Source of the DNA: Octopus sinensis
Taxonomy: Eukaryota
Direction of reading: 5' to 3'
Length of the DNA stretch: 64,000 bases
Assembly (NCBI RefSeq): GCF_006345805.1
Contig: NC_042997.1
Span: 89,466,001-89,530,000, forward strand
The notes under the pieces are model-generated. The model made no database searches and was not told where the DNA came from. It was given only the letters and a program-made list of their open reading frames with translations. The translations under genes were made by a program, and so were the position numbers. The first letter of the stretch is position 1. Every line of letters begins with the position of its first letter. Positions 23,230 through 35,456 of the stretch are shown in pieces.

Positions 23230-24340
23230 ACATATTGGTATCCAGAACACCCAAAGTGTCAGGTAATGCTAAGTAACTGCTATGGACAGACCATAGTTAA
23301 ACTCTTGGTTCAATAGTGACACAAGTGAGGAGTCTAATGTAGGTCGTGTATTAGCATGCATATATAAGAGAGGATGAGATAACAAAGCCAAGGCTGTGAG
23401 GAGTTTTCAGGACATTTATAAGGAAATAGTCTTACAGCTGTTTCTGGGATATTATGGATATCCCTTCATCAGAGATGGTGTGAGAAGGTTAAATTGAGGA
23501 AATATTTGAGTTCAAATTATTATGGAGAAGGAGGAGATAGGGAATAAAGATGAATAATTGAACTACCAAGAAGGTTTATGTGTAGCATGGCTATCTATGT
23601 TTCCAATTAACTTTGGAACAGAAAACCAAATTGAAGGCTGGTTATTGTGGAGATCATTGCACTTTAATGATCATAGAACATATAAGTTTGCAAGCGATGT
23701 AAAGTAGAGCTACTGAAGTGTTTTGGGAGTAGATTACGGATAATGACTACAAAATATAGAAATTTCTTGTCAGAAACAGCCACATAAATGGTATAAGGAA
23801 ATTGAAGGAAGATGTTGAAACTTTCCCTCTGTGAGTTTATTTTATTCAACAGCAAGGGGAGCTATTTTTTTTGGGGGGGGGGGAGTATGATTGGTATGTT
23901 CAAAAATGGCAATACAATACCTACTTGAAAAAGTAGAGTTAAAGGAATATATTTGCTATGTGCTTATAGCATACAACTACTCTGAAATTGACTTCAGGAA
24001 ACGAAAAATGAAGACATGAAGAGTTTGACTTCAGTTTATGAATACTGCTTTGAATTTTTAGCAGTTCACAGTGAAAAGATGTCGCATTTGAAATATCATA
24101 ATGGATGGGTAAATAAGCATCCTTAAAGCGAAACACTGCATTGATAGGTAAACAAAGGTATCAACAAATAGAAGAGAGGGAAGGGAACATTACCTTTCAA
24201 GTAACTCAGAATAGGTAACGGTAAGCTTGCCATTAGTATGGAGGTTAAGATTGTTTGGTATTGGATATTCATCGTGTACAGTGTTCCTAGTCAATTTAAT
24301 CACCATCGCAGGTGGACAGTCAAAATAAATAAATAGACAA
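23230..24340 (-). mobile_element. Degenerate Penelope-like element 3' region with pLTR
   Basis: Contains a hammerhead motif. The cagctgtttctgggat...cccttcatcag terminus is shared with a decayed copy at ~53980-54080. Coding similarity is weak. Confidence 0.5.
23430..23475 (-). ncRNA. Minimal hammerhead ribozyme motif (Penelope-like)
   Basis: Minus strand: TCT-CTGATGA-A-GGGATAT-CCATA-ATATCCC-A-GAAAC-AGCT-GTA-AGA. 7-bp stem II and palindromic ACAGCTGT stem III. Confidence 0.75.
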
Positions 24341-24715
24341 AATCCTTTCACTTTTATGATATTCTCTAACCAAGTAATAATACACAATTACAACATAAAT
24401 AAATGATAAATCAAAGAAATGTGAAAGCCACTAAAGAATATTCTCTAATGTCAATATATGGACATATAGATTAGAAAAGTATAGAAGACCTTATATAAAA
24501 GAGTTATGTACATACAACAAATGAGAAAAAAACCCATGTAAAACCGTTTTTCCCAGTTTATCCATTTACGCGGGAGCTCTGGGCAAAATGTTATAGTGCA
24601 TGACTATCCTTGGAACATAAGTAATGTGTATGTAAAGTTTGGTGAAAATCGTTGTGAATTGTGGAAATGTATGTGTTTGTCAATATACACACACATACTG
24701 TGATTTATATATACT
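24340..24715 (-). mobile_element. Helentron/DINE-like non-autonomous element (a similar fragment at ~55965-56140, plus strand)
   Basis: Short GT-type microsatellite followed by a cgattttcaccaaacttt motif characteristic of HINE/DINE-like elements (recognition only). Confidence 0.4.
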
Positions 24716-24969
24716 ATATATATATACAATGGGCTTCTTTCAATGTCTGTCTACCAAATTTACTCACAACGCTTTGGTTGGCCATAAGCTTTAATAGAAG
24801 ACACTTGCCAAAAGTATCACACGGTGGAATTGAACCTGGAACAATGTGGCTGGGAAACAAACTTACTACACAGCCACACATTTGCTTAAAAAAATCAATA
24901 TAATCTGTGGAATCTTTGTGACTTGTAATATATTTAACACTGTTTATCCTTATTTTTTTTTTATAACAG

Positions 24970-25243
24970 TTGCCTTGGAGAGAATTACCTGAAACTAACA
25001 AGATTCTTATGAGTATCATACTGAAATTTGGCGATGAGTGCATCGAATTGAAGAAAGTTCAGTCCTCACAGATTTCATTTCAGACGACTCCAACCATAAC
25101 AGGGAAACTGAATTATATAGCTAAAGTGACCGATATGTTTAACTTTGCTGATATTTCTGTATCAAACTACATAGATAAGATGACATTGGGAGAATACTTT
25201 CATCTCATTGTTATGGTGGTGTATGTCCATAAGAATGTTATTT
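24970..25243 (+). CDS. Exon (0 to 1): LPWRELPETNKILMSIILKFGDE...YFHLIVMVVYVHKNVI, first C2-like domain
   Basis: Acceptor ttttttataacag|, donor att t|gtaagt, 91 open codons. Joins the exon at 29108 to give ...VYVHKNVI-S-TLGWAFIPL. Confidence 0.85.
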
Positions 25244-25334
25244 GTAAGTAACTCCTGCTTGCTGTTATCTTTATTTTTATCAATATTTATGATTGAATTG
25301 TTTCAGTTGATTGAATTAAACACTCTGTAGTTAA

Positions 25335-25702
25335 TCTTTTATCTTTTACCTGTGGCCATGCTGGGGCATTGCCTTGAAGAATTTTAGTTGAACAAATCAA
25401 TCCCAGTACGTATTCTTTTATAAAGCCTGGTATTTATTTTATTGGACTCTTTTGCTGAACTGTTAAGTTACAAAGTTACAGGGATATAAAAACACCAGCA
25501 CTGATTGTCAAGTGGTGGTGGGGGACTAACACACACACACACACACACATGGCTTCTTTCAGTTTCTGTCCACCAAATCCACTCACAAGTCTTTGGTTGG
25601 TTTGAAGCTATAGTAGAAGACAATTGCCCAAGGTGCCATGCATTGGGATTGAACCTAGAACTATGTGATTGGGAAGCAAGCTTCTTATCACACAGCCACT
25701 CC
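25335..25702 (-). mobile_element. SINE family A, near full length
   Basis: Same head, body and tail as 892-1274. Confidence 0.8.
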
Positions 25703-26250
25703 CGCACCAATTATAATGAAAATTTTTTTGTGCAACAATTATTTTAAGCCTTACTGCAGAGAAGGAAAAACTGAATAATGTAAATTTAGATGTTGACTAT
25801 ATCAGAATATGACAGTTAGATACAGCTGTTTGGATGCTGATGATTCGGCATAGCTGACTGGACATTCATCTAGTTTTGGTGACAGTATGTTTTGACAATT
25901 AAAGTAAACAAGAAATTTACGGATATAGATTGAGTAAGAAAGAGAAAGGGAAGGAGGAGAGAGAGACTGAGGAGGGGCAAGAGAGAGAGAGGAGGGGCAA
26001 GAGAGAGAGTGGAGGGGTAAGAGAGAAGAGGGTGAGAGAGAGAGAAGAGGAGTGAAAGAGAGGAGGGGTGAGGGAGAGAGAGAGAGAGAGAGAGAGGAGG
26101 GGTGAGGGAGAGAGAGAGAGAGAAAGTGGGAGAATGAGAACCATTAGAACATCTGATGGCAAATATGTCAGTGTTGAGTTGGTGGTTCTAAATAGGCAAT
26201 GCCAAAATGTCTATGCTAAAACATCTCACACCTCACACTCCGACTATATA

Positions 26251-27487
26251 TCAAGATGAGTAAAAAGTAAGCAACGTTTTGAAACATGAAATTCATCACA
26301 ATATATTTCGACAATATGTAAATTTTTATTCATCAAAGTAAGTACCATTACAATCAACACATTTTTGCCGAGTTACATGTTTGTTTGATCCGGTAACATA
26401 AAAATCTGGAGTTCTGGAGCTAATGAACTCTTTGAATGCACTTTCAGTTGGTTTGATTTTTGAACTCCTTCTCTTGCAGGAAACTGCCAAGGTTCTTGAA
26501 AAAGTGATAGTCAGTAGGAGAAAGGTCTGGGGAATAAGCTGGGTGGGGAAGAACTTAGTAGCCAAGTTCCCTCAACTTCTGGAGCATCATTAGTAAAACG
26601 TATGGTCAAGCATTATCATGAAGAATGATTGGCCCTCTTCTGTTGATCAGTCTGGGATGGAGGAGTAGCAGTTTTCCATTCATTTTGGCAATTTCACGGC
26701 AATATGTTTCTGCATTATGGTTTTTCTGGGTTTTAAGATGTTATAGTGGATGAGTCCAGCAGTACACCACCAAACAGTCATCATAACCTTCTTTTTGAAG
26801 AGCTCAGAAGAAATTTTTTTTATTATTGTACAGAATCCACTTTTCATCACAAGTTACAATACAGTCAAGAAATGGATTGGTCTGGTTATGGAGAAGAAGC
26901 AACAAGCAAATTTCATACCTGTGCATTTTTTGATTTTTATTCAAATCATGTGGTACTCATTTGTTGAGCATTTTTGATTTTATGATCACATGCAAATGGT
27001 TGCAGGTAGTTTTCTGGCTAACTTGAAGTTCTTTTGCCAGTTCTCAAGTGGTTTTACGTAGATCTTTCTCAATGACAAGTCTTTAATTGATCATCATTGA
27101 TGACAGATGGGCATCTACTACACTCACAATCTTTAAGGCTCAGGTCTCCACTGCAAAACCATTTAAACCGTTTTCAAGCTGACCACTCACTGGTCATTTC
27201 CTCACCAAATGTTTCATTGATATTGTCAGTAATTTCAGCTGCTTTATGTCCTTTTTTGAAGTTGAATAGCAAAATTGCTTGAATATTGTGCATTGACAGT
27301 TCCCTTTCAGATGATTGTAACAACAGTGAAAAAATATCAATGTTAATTTATTGATGCATTTGGGCAAGTCTGTGTCTGTATTATCAGACAATTGCAAAAA
27401 AAAAATGTTTAAAAAAAATTGAAAACTCTGCAAAAATCCAGTACAAATTCTTAGTTCAAAACGTTGCTTACTTTTTACTCAACCTGA
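26251..27487 (-). mobile_element. Full-size degenerate mariner (DD34D) element
   Basis: 26-bp perfect TIR core gagtaaaaagtaagcaacgttttgaa (26258-26283 and 27455-27480). Minus-strand YSPDLSPTDYHFF and C-terminal ...GTYFDE*. Multiple disruptions. Confidence 0.9.
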
Positions 27488-27520
27488 TTGATACAGAGTG
27501 AAGATGTTTATCAGATAGAT

Positions 27521-27867
27521 CAATGGTTCTCAACTTGGGTCCATATGGCTCTTGAGGGTCCATAAAAGATTTTTGGAGGTTTACACAACAAAATAGTAAA
27601 TCAGAGATACACAATTGTATTTTAAGGGCTCCTGAAAAAATTTTGCTCTAGACGTATGTATTGGTATGTACAGCAAGAAACAGCAAGGTTTCTTTCTCTA
27701 ACATTTTACATAGTTCAACCTACACAGGTTAATGTGTGAAAACTATAAAAATTTGGAAAGAAGTTTTGATAAAACTAGTTTTTAAACATTGAATGGTTAT
27801 GGAGGTCCACCAGAATAAAATAGCAACCAAAGGGGTCCCTAGATGAAAAAATTGTTGAGAACTCTTG
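27521..27867. mobile_element. hAT-type MITE
   Basis: TIRs caatggttctcaac / gttgagaactcttg with an 8-bp TSD agatagat / agataaat. Confidence 0.75.
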
Positions 27868-29107
27868 AGATAAATACAGTGATGTAGATGTTGAATACAC
27901 TGTATTTTGGGCCTACAAGAGAAAATTTTTAAGGTAGAACGAGATTGCTTTTACCAGTGGTATTTCTTTCTTTCTGTATTGTATGGTACACATTCAATGC
28001 TTCTAAAAAACAAATGTAAGTTTGTTTATATACATATGTAGTTGTTACTATCTAGTTCATTGAACTAGCTTTATTAAATTCAGCTGACTGTCTCTACATT
28101 GTTCAGTGTATTGAAGTAAAAAGTAAATCTCATGGACATTACTGTCTCAAGTGCAAGGACTCATAGGGCAGTTACCTGGTTTCCATTGTATATAAGTGAC
28201 TGACATCACAATATTCTTCCCAAATGGGCTATTGATTGAACTGGAGTAACATGCAATGAACTTTTCTGCTCAAGAACACAATGCGCCTACTCACTGCAGC
28301 AATTAAAACCATGATTATGTGATCATGAATGCAATGCCCTAAAATTAGGCTATGTACCTTCACAGTTCAGTCAACAAGATCTATATATAGTCCTGTGTGT
28401 AGTGGTTAAGTGTGTATGTAAGCAAATACATAAACCGATTCATGCTTGAAAGGAATTTATTTACAGGGTTTGATTTGTTATAAGTACACTACATAAAAAT
28501 GTAGGCAACTGCTACGAGTTGCTAGAAATACAGAGTACATATTAGGAATGGATATGTTTGTGTGTGTGCGTGTTTCATTTGAAACAGTAGTCTATCGGCA
28601 CTTCTAACATTTCTCTCCGCCTCTGTGGTCTGCCAAAAAACTTGGGTCGTAGATAGATCTATCTCATCTGTCTACTCCCGTCTGTCTGCCTGCCTCTCCT
28701 GTTTCACCTGGTTTTATAATATTTGTGGCAGCTAGAAAGACAGACATACTGCAGCAGAGTTTATACCTAAATAGGTCAGCACTTGTCCAGTTGAACTTCG
28801 CCTGACATACTGAGGTCGCAGGTCAAAGGAAGATGATCAATCAATTTTTGACAGGACAAAGAAAACCTTTTTTTCGCGCCTGTTGATCATCAGTTCTTGG
28901 ATTCGGTTTCGAATCTAGGCTTAGAGAAGGAAGTGTTAATTCTTACATGTGTACTAGCTCTATAACATTCTGTCTAGTAGCTGTAACTGGTTCTGTCTTG
29001 TACTGTTCACATCTGTCTACTATCTACTTAGAAAAAATAATAGTGTTTAATTTTGTATGTAACAACCCATTGAGAACAAAAATATCATTTTCCTCTTCTT
29101 TTTACAG

Positions 29108-29251
29108 CAACCCTTGGTTGGGCCTTTATTCCACTGACTGAGCTGACCCAAAGAAACACTGTAGCTGCTTTACATTCTGGAGCCATTCCTGATATCTTCA
29201 TGCAGCAACATGTCCGAGAATCTCTCAACTGCACAGAAACATCTTCAAAAT
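29108..29251 (+). CDS. Exon (1 to 1): TLGWAFIPLTELTQRNTVAALHSGAIPDIFMQQHVRESLNCTETSSK
   Basis: Strong acceptor ttcctcttctttttacag|, donor aaat|gttagc. C2-type 'LGWA.IPL' strand. Confidence 0.85.
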
Positions 29252-29479
29252 GTTAGCAAATTTGATGAGCATTTTTCTTCAACTTTGTTTCACAATAATG
29301 CTCTGTTACTATAACATTCTTTTTGCTTCTTAATAAAATTATTAAGGAATGTTTCAATTTAAATGCAAGCATTTTAAAATGGGTAGTTTTGTCTCATAGA
29401 ACTAAAAGTGGTCTATTAGGGCAATGGACTGGTAGAATCAGTGGAGTATGAGATGGAATGTTTTACAGTATTTGGTTAT

Positions 29480-30275
29480 GAGAGGTAATATTTATTACTA
29501 CTTAAATATAGATGTTCTGTTAGAACAAACTTTACTACAGTAGATACCATGTGAAAAACTCTTATATAGGTGTTTGGTGCAAAATGCACACTTGCCTATA
29601 TCACCATAGGGGAGAAAAATCCCAACTCCAGTACCGAAACCAGATCACATGATTTCGACCTTCCTTGGTTTCATTGATGAGGGGTGCTTGACTGCTCGAG
29701 ATAGCAGTGATTTTTCTCCCCGCCAGCAATATATAGAAAATCAGTGCCTGTTCAGGCACTGATGTTGTGATTAGCCTGTGAGATTGTTGAAAAATATATA
29801 TTAGCAACCGAGGCAGTATCAGTACTGAGAGGTTATATTTATTCCCATTTAAATGTGGATCTTCTGTTAGAACAAACTTTACAGCAGTAGATACCATGTG
29901 AGAAATTCTCACATAGGCTTTTGGTGCAAAATGTGCACTTGTTTTAATCACTAGCAGGGAGGTAAATCCCCACCACCTCCAGCACTGAGATCACTAGATC
30001 ATGGGATTTCAACCTTCCTTTATTGCATCAGTGATGGATACTCAACCTCTAGAGATAGTAGCAACTCATTTCCCTGCTAGCAATATATAGAAAACCATTG
30101 CTTGAACAAGCACTGGTATTGAGATCAGCCTTTTGCACCAAAAAAACTATATGACACTTTCTTTCATGGTATCTATCACAGTAAAGTTTGTTCTAAAAGA
30201 ACATCCATGTTTAAGTGGGAATAACCATTACGTTTTGGTACTAATACTGCCTCTGTCACTAATATATATATTTTT
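29480..30275. mobile_element. Composite insertion: ~350-bp direct duplication plus ~140-bp inverted arms, 13-bp TSD, inside a family B SINE
   Basis: gagagg.tatttatt at 29480 and 29827; 29793-29931 is inverted at 30131-30270; agtatttggttat at 29467-29479 and 30276-30288. Confidence 0.8.
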
Positions 30276-31097
30276 AGTATTTGGTTATATCTTTTTTACA
30301 TTTTGAGTTCAAACCCTACTGTGATTGACTTTGCAACTTTGTTTTCATCCATTCCAGTTTGATAAAGTACTAGAATAGAAAAGGGACCAACTTAATTTGT
30401 TGTAATCCATGCATAAAACATGGAGCTTTATGCCTATATTAGAGATCATCATTATTTTTTGTGTTGTTGTTGAGCTCCAGGTCAGCCTTGTCTGAACAGA
30501 CCTATGAGCAAAAAAATTCCAGTCAGGAACAGTTTGTTCTTTTGTTGGAAATAGAATATCTAGGACTATATTATTCACCATGTTCCTTGCTTTTCAAGAT
30601 GGCAAAGTGTAATAGGAGGGAGACTTGGCTGCTATTTCTTGCAGGATTCCATAAAATCTCTCTCATTGGTCTGTTACCTTTTTGTGTGATTGATGTAAGT
30701 GGATTTTGCACAATCTGTCTATTGATGCTTGATGGCCCTCATTAAAAGAAGTTAACATTTGTTCCCTATCTGGCAAAGAGATAGATTTTTCTGTATATCT
30801 TTATAAAATGATAATAGTGAACTTATATGTAGTACTCAAATGCACTGTATACACTTGTCAGAAAAGAACAAAAGAGGAGCAGAAAGCAGTAATAAGTCAA
30901 GTAAAGAAAGGCAATAATAATAGTCAAAAGTACAAGCACAATACACAGCATGAATCATAAAAATAGAGAAAAGAAAAAATGAACAGAGAGGAAGGGATGC
31001 AATAGACATGTCTGACGTTGTGCTGGTAAATTTCAGGAAGCGTGGAATTTTTGGAAGATGCTGTGTCCTGACAGTTAATTAATATGTGTAGTTTACA

Positions 31098-31990
31098 ATC
31101 AATAAGTATCCAGGCTGTTTGCCATAGTAATGAAGCTAAAGCGTGCAGAGTGAAGCTGTTTGGCAAAGATTGACCTTGAATTCTACTGTACATGTGCACT
31201 AAATTGTAACATTCTAGCTCACTCTGTTGTGCATGCACACTAAGTTTTAATGTTCTAGATCACTTCCACTGTTTACAGCAGTACTTGGAAGGAAGGTGTG
31301 TAGTGTGTGATCATCGATTTGACCATGACAGAGAAAGTTGTCATGGTGCTCAGAGGCCTACACTACATTACAGAAAGTGTATGGAGAGGAGTGTATGAGC
31401 CACATACAAGTGAAAAAATGTCGATATTGATGAACATCCTGGGAGATCCACAACCAGCAGAACTGAGTAAAACATCACAGATGTGCATGCAGCTGTGTGG
31501 GGAAATTGTTGAATCACCATCTGTGAGTTATCAGAGGATGTGCAGATTTGTTACGGTTTAGTTCAGTCCATTATCACTGAAGATTTGGGTATGCGACATG
31601 TCTGCCAAGTTTGTGCCAAAGCTGCTTTCAGCTGACCAAAAAGACACTTGGGTTTCAGTTGCATGAGATCTTCTTGATTGTGTTGAGAATGATGAAAACT
31701 TTTTGAAAATGTTACATAGGCATCTGAGCAGGTATTGCCAAGCTTTTGGCAAAATTTGATGCAGATTTTCTTTTCAATTTTCTCTGTCATGGTTAATGCG
31801 ACAATCACACACTATGCACCTTCCTTCCAAGCACTGCTGTAAACAGTGGAAGGGAGCTAGAATGTTAAAACTTAGTGCACATGCATGGCAGAGTACATGG
31901 TCAATCTGTGCCAAGCAGCTTCACTCTGCATGCTTTAGCTTTGTTACTATAGCAATAGTCTGGATACTATGCTCAAGAAGTCTGAGCATG
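31098..31990. mobile_element. Fold-back element made of two inward-facing mariner 5' ends
   Basis: 31105-31335 is the reverse complement of ~31780-31972. Both arms end at atgacagagaaa (MTEK). The centre has the mariner peptide AKFVPKLLSADQK...DCVENDENFL. Confidence 0.8.
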
Positions 31991-32101
31991 AAAAAATGTT
32001 TCCAAAAGTCATGGGTGCAGTTTTTTTGATTTTGTAAGCATGTAAGCCATAGCTTTCAGGATCATAAAAGTATTTAAAAATGCTGAAAGAGAGAAAATCA
32101 G

Positions 32102-32167
32102 ATATTCAATTAACCATTGAATATAAGATAAGTCCACCAAAACCAAGAGAATCAATAATAATAAAAT
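32102..32167 (+). CDS. Candidate small exon (1 to 1): IQLTIEYKISPPKPRESIIIK
   Basis: Strong donor aaaat|gtaagt and a peptide resembling a terminal C2 strand plus Pro-rich linker, but the acceptor lacks a pyrimidine tract. Confidence 0.3.
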
Positions 32168-32952
32168 GTAAGTCCAGTAGATATAAGGCTCCTAGTTTAA
32201 GAGATAATCAGTGGACTACGCAACTAGTTCTCTTGTCACAGGAAACTAACTATCACTAGCTTATCAAACAATTCTTTACTCTACATTAACTGGTACTCTG
32301 TTAGTTACAACAAAAGGGGTTCCAGTTGATCTGATCAATGGAACAGCTTGCTCAAGAAATTAAATTGCAAGTGGCTGAGCACCCTACAGACACATGTACC
32401 CTTAACATAGTTCTGAGGGAGAGTCAGAATGACACAGAATGTGACAAAGCTGGCCCTTTGAAATACAGGTACTACTAATTTTTGCTAGCTGAGTGGACTG
32501 GAGTAACATGAAATAAAGTGTCTTGCTCAAGGACACAGAGCCAAATGCCACTAACCTCTAAGCCACACTCCTTTATCATATAACTCTACATTACATAATT
32601 CTATATTCCTGTCAATACTTCCTCAAAACACTCTTTATCAAATGCTAAAATTATATATATATATATATATATATATCGCTCAATAGTTACTTTTTTTACT
32701 TCCCAGGAATTCTTTATCTTACACTATAATTCTGTTTCCCATACTATAATTCTTTATCCTACTCTATATTCCAACTCTAATTTTTCATTCTACAATATAA
32801 TTTTGTATTCTGCACTTTAATTCTATATTCAACTTTCACTGTTTTAATATATCATATTTTTGTTTAAAGATGTTTTAGGATACAACTCTGAAATATTTCT
32901 AAAAATAGATGTAAGAACTGAAACTGCCCTCAATGCCAGGTAAGTAGGGCAT

Positions 32953-33345
32953 ATGTCCTCCTCCTCCTCTGCTGCCGCTGCCACTGCAGCCACCGCTTCC
33001 GCCGCCGCTGTCGCTCCCACGCTGCCGTCACCGCCGCAACCACTGCCTCCTCCTCCATCGCCGCAACCACTGCCTCCTCCTCCATCGCCGCAACCACTGC
33101 CTCCTCCTCCACCGCCGCCACCGCTGCCTCCTCCTCCACCACCTCCGCTGCCGCCAACTCCGCTGCCTCCGCCGCCTCCGCTGCCTCCATCACTGCCGCC
33201 TCCGCTGTCACTGCTGCCTCCGCTGTCACTGCCGCCTCCGCTGTCACTGCCGCCTCCGCTGTCACTGCCGCCTCTGCCGTCACTACTGCCTCCGCCGCTT
33301 CCGCCACCCCCGCTGTTGCCGTCACCACAGCCCGCTATCATCATC
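32953..33345. repeat. GC-rich compound minisatellite (27-bp unit x3, 18-bp unit x5) on a CCN triplet frame
   Basis: ccgcaaccactgcctcctcctccatcg at 33034, 33061, 33088; ccgctgtcactgccgcct at 33202, 33220, 33238, 33256, (33274). Confidence 0.9.
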
Positions 33346-33689
33346 ATTTTAATATCCATTTTCTGTGCTTGTATGGGTTAAATGGAATTTTCTGAGGCAG
33401 ATTTTTTTTTTATGCCCAAATACCCTACCTGTCATTAACTGTCACACAAGGTAATATTTCCCCATGCCCAGATATGTTTTCACAGAAGACTGGAATTGAA
33501 GGACACTACTTGCATGGCTGTGAAATTTGTTTACAACCATCATGCAAAGATAAGGCATAGAGACAGTACCCCTCCCCACATGCATACAATCACATATATA
33601 CAATCACACACATACAATCACATGTATATACATAGCAGTTACCCCAAAATATCATCAAGATACTACCTCCCTATGTGACACAATGTTGC

Positions 33690-34000
33690 AAAAACAATGC
33701 CATCCAGAGAAAAGACTGCCCTGGAATAAATAGAGAGAATCCCCCTGTTATTGAATATGTATTCAAACTTCTGTGAAGTGTAAGCATAACAGATCAGATA
33801 TTGTTGCTTGAAACAGACAAGAAAAAGTATGTATGTATCATCATAGAGGTCAGATGTTCTGCTGATGTGAATATCTCTTTGAAAATCAAACATGATAACT
33901 ATGGACAGCTGCTTTGAAAATTTCAGCTTTTATATCCACATTACAAATTTACATTTATACCAATAATAATAGGTGCACTTGATTTTGTGAGTAAATGCCT
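33690..34000 (+). mobile_element. Degenerate restriction-like-endonuclease LINE fragment (R2/R4/NeSL/CRE-like)
   Basis: Peptide DQILL...CIIIEVRCSADVNISLKIK..NYGQL resembles the PD..IIEVSCP.D.N...K..Y..L RLE motif. Confidence 0.5.
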
Positions 34001-34379
34001 AACTGACAGTCTGGATAAGCTTGGATTTTCAGAAAAAGAAATCAGTCAGCTAACTAACACATTACAAATACAATCTGAAAGTGGAACAATAAAAATATGC
34101 AAGATATTTCTGAGGTTTAAAATGTGACATTGTTTTTGTGATTTACATTCCAATGATGGACTGTGTATCTTCATTAGAAAATAGCTCCTTCCTCAGAGGA
34201 AGAATTTAAAGAATTAAAAACAAAAGGCACAAGCATTGCTGTGTGGTAAGAAGCATGCTTCCAAACCACATGGTTCTGGGTTCAGTCCCATTGTGTAGCA
34301 CTTTGGGCAAGTGTCTTTTACTAAGGTCTTGGGCTAGCTAAAGCCTTGGGCTGTGACAGAAACTGAAAGAAGCCCATCG

Positions 34380-34462
<83 letters not shown>

Positions 34463-34499
34463 ATCTATCTATCTATCTATATCTATCTATCTATATGTA

Positions 34500-34544
<45 letters not shown>

Positions 34545-34583
34545 ATGTGTGTGTATGTGTGAGTGTGTGTGTTGGTGTGTTTA

Positions 34584-35456
34584 TGAGGTAGTATCAAAAG
34601 GTTCCTGAATTTGTTATGTTTAATAAAAAAATAACTTATTTACCAAAGTTTTAACATCATTTCCTTTGAAATAGTCACCTTGCATAGCAATACACTGATT
34701 CCAGTGTTCCTACCACTTTTGGAATCCAGCCTGGAAGTCATTTTCTGTAAGTGAGTCAAGGACCTTCTGTGATTTGCTGTGGATTTCAACAATGGTGTTA
34801 AAACGGTGACCTTTGAGCTTTATTTTCATCTTGGGGAAGATATGGAAGTCTGCAGGTGCTAAATCTGGTAAATAGGGTGAGTACGGAAGTGATACTCGAA
34901 GGGTACATTGTTGTTATGAAGAATCCAATTCTTTGCACTCTACAGACCTGGTCCCTTTCACTCAATGTCATCCCTCAAATGCTTCAGAACATCACAGTAG
35001 AACTCTTGGTTGATGCTCTGGTCCTAGGTAATGGACTCTCAGTGCACAAAACTAATTTCTGAGGGTGATGCTTGTGGCAGGTCTTCTTGATCGCGCATCT
35101 TCCAGGGATGTTCTTCTGCTTTTGAAGCACTTGTACCACTTGGAACATTGCATAAACCCATTGCCTCATAACCGTAAGCTTGCCAAAGCATACTCAATGT
35201 TCCTGTAGCAGACTTCCTAAGTTTATTGCAAAATTTCATGTTGGATCTTTGTTCTTGTCCATAGCAAAATTGCAGACCACAGCATACACGTGATAACAAA
35301 ACCACAAATTTCAGAACTTGCAAAGTAATTGCAGTGACGTCACTCAGCACACTGCCTCATGAAGGTCACTGCTAGCTCTCGCTGTGCACACAACTGTGTA
35401 CTGTTATATGTTGGTGCACTACAGAACTTGTCTGGGAACTTTTTGATACCACCTTG
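34584..35456 (-). mobile_element. Internally deleted mariner element inserted at a TA within a family A SINE
   Basis: TIRs tgaggtagtatcaaaaggttcc / ggaactttttgataccaccttg with TA flanks. Peptides EQRSNMKFC..L.KSAT and DFHIFPKMKIKLKGHRF. Confidence 0.85.

Noticed and set aside
27930-28015. Open frame VERDCFYQWYFFLSVLYGTHSMLLKNK with a strong gtaagt donor
   Set aside because: Phase-compatible acceptors create stop codons (T+AG, T+AA) or are very weak, and the exon at 24970 already joins the exon at 29108 in frame with a sensible C2 motif.
28832-28891. Possible C/D-box snoRNA (terminal inverted repeat with an ATGAT motif)
   Set aside because: Box C is not RTGATGA and there is no CTGA box D at the 3' end.
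30599-30694. Candidate exon with good acceptors (30599, 30645) and a gtaagt donor
   Set aside because: Joining to the phase-1 end of the exon at 29108 gives a stop codon with either acceptor.
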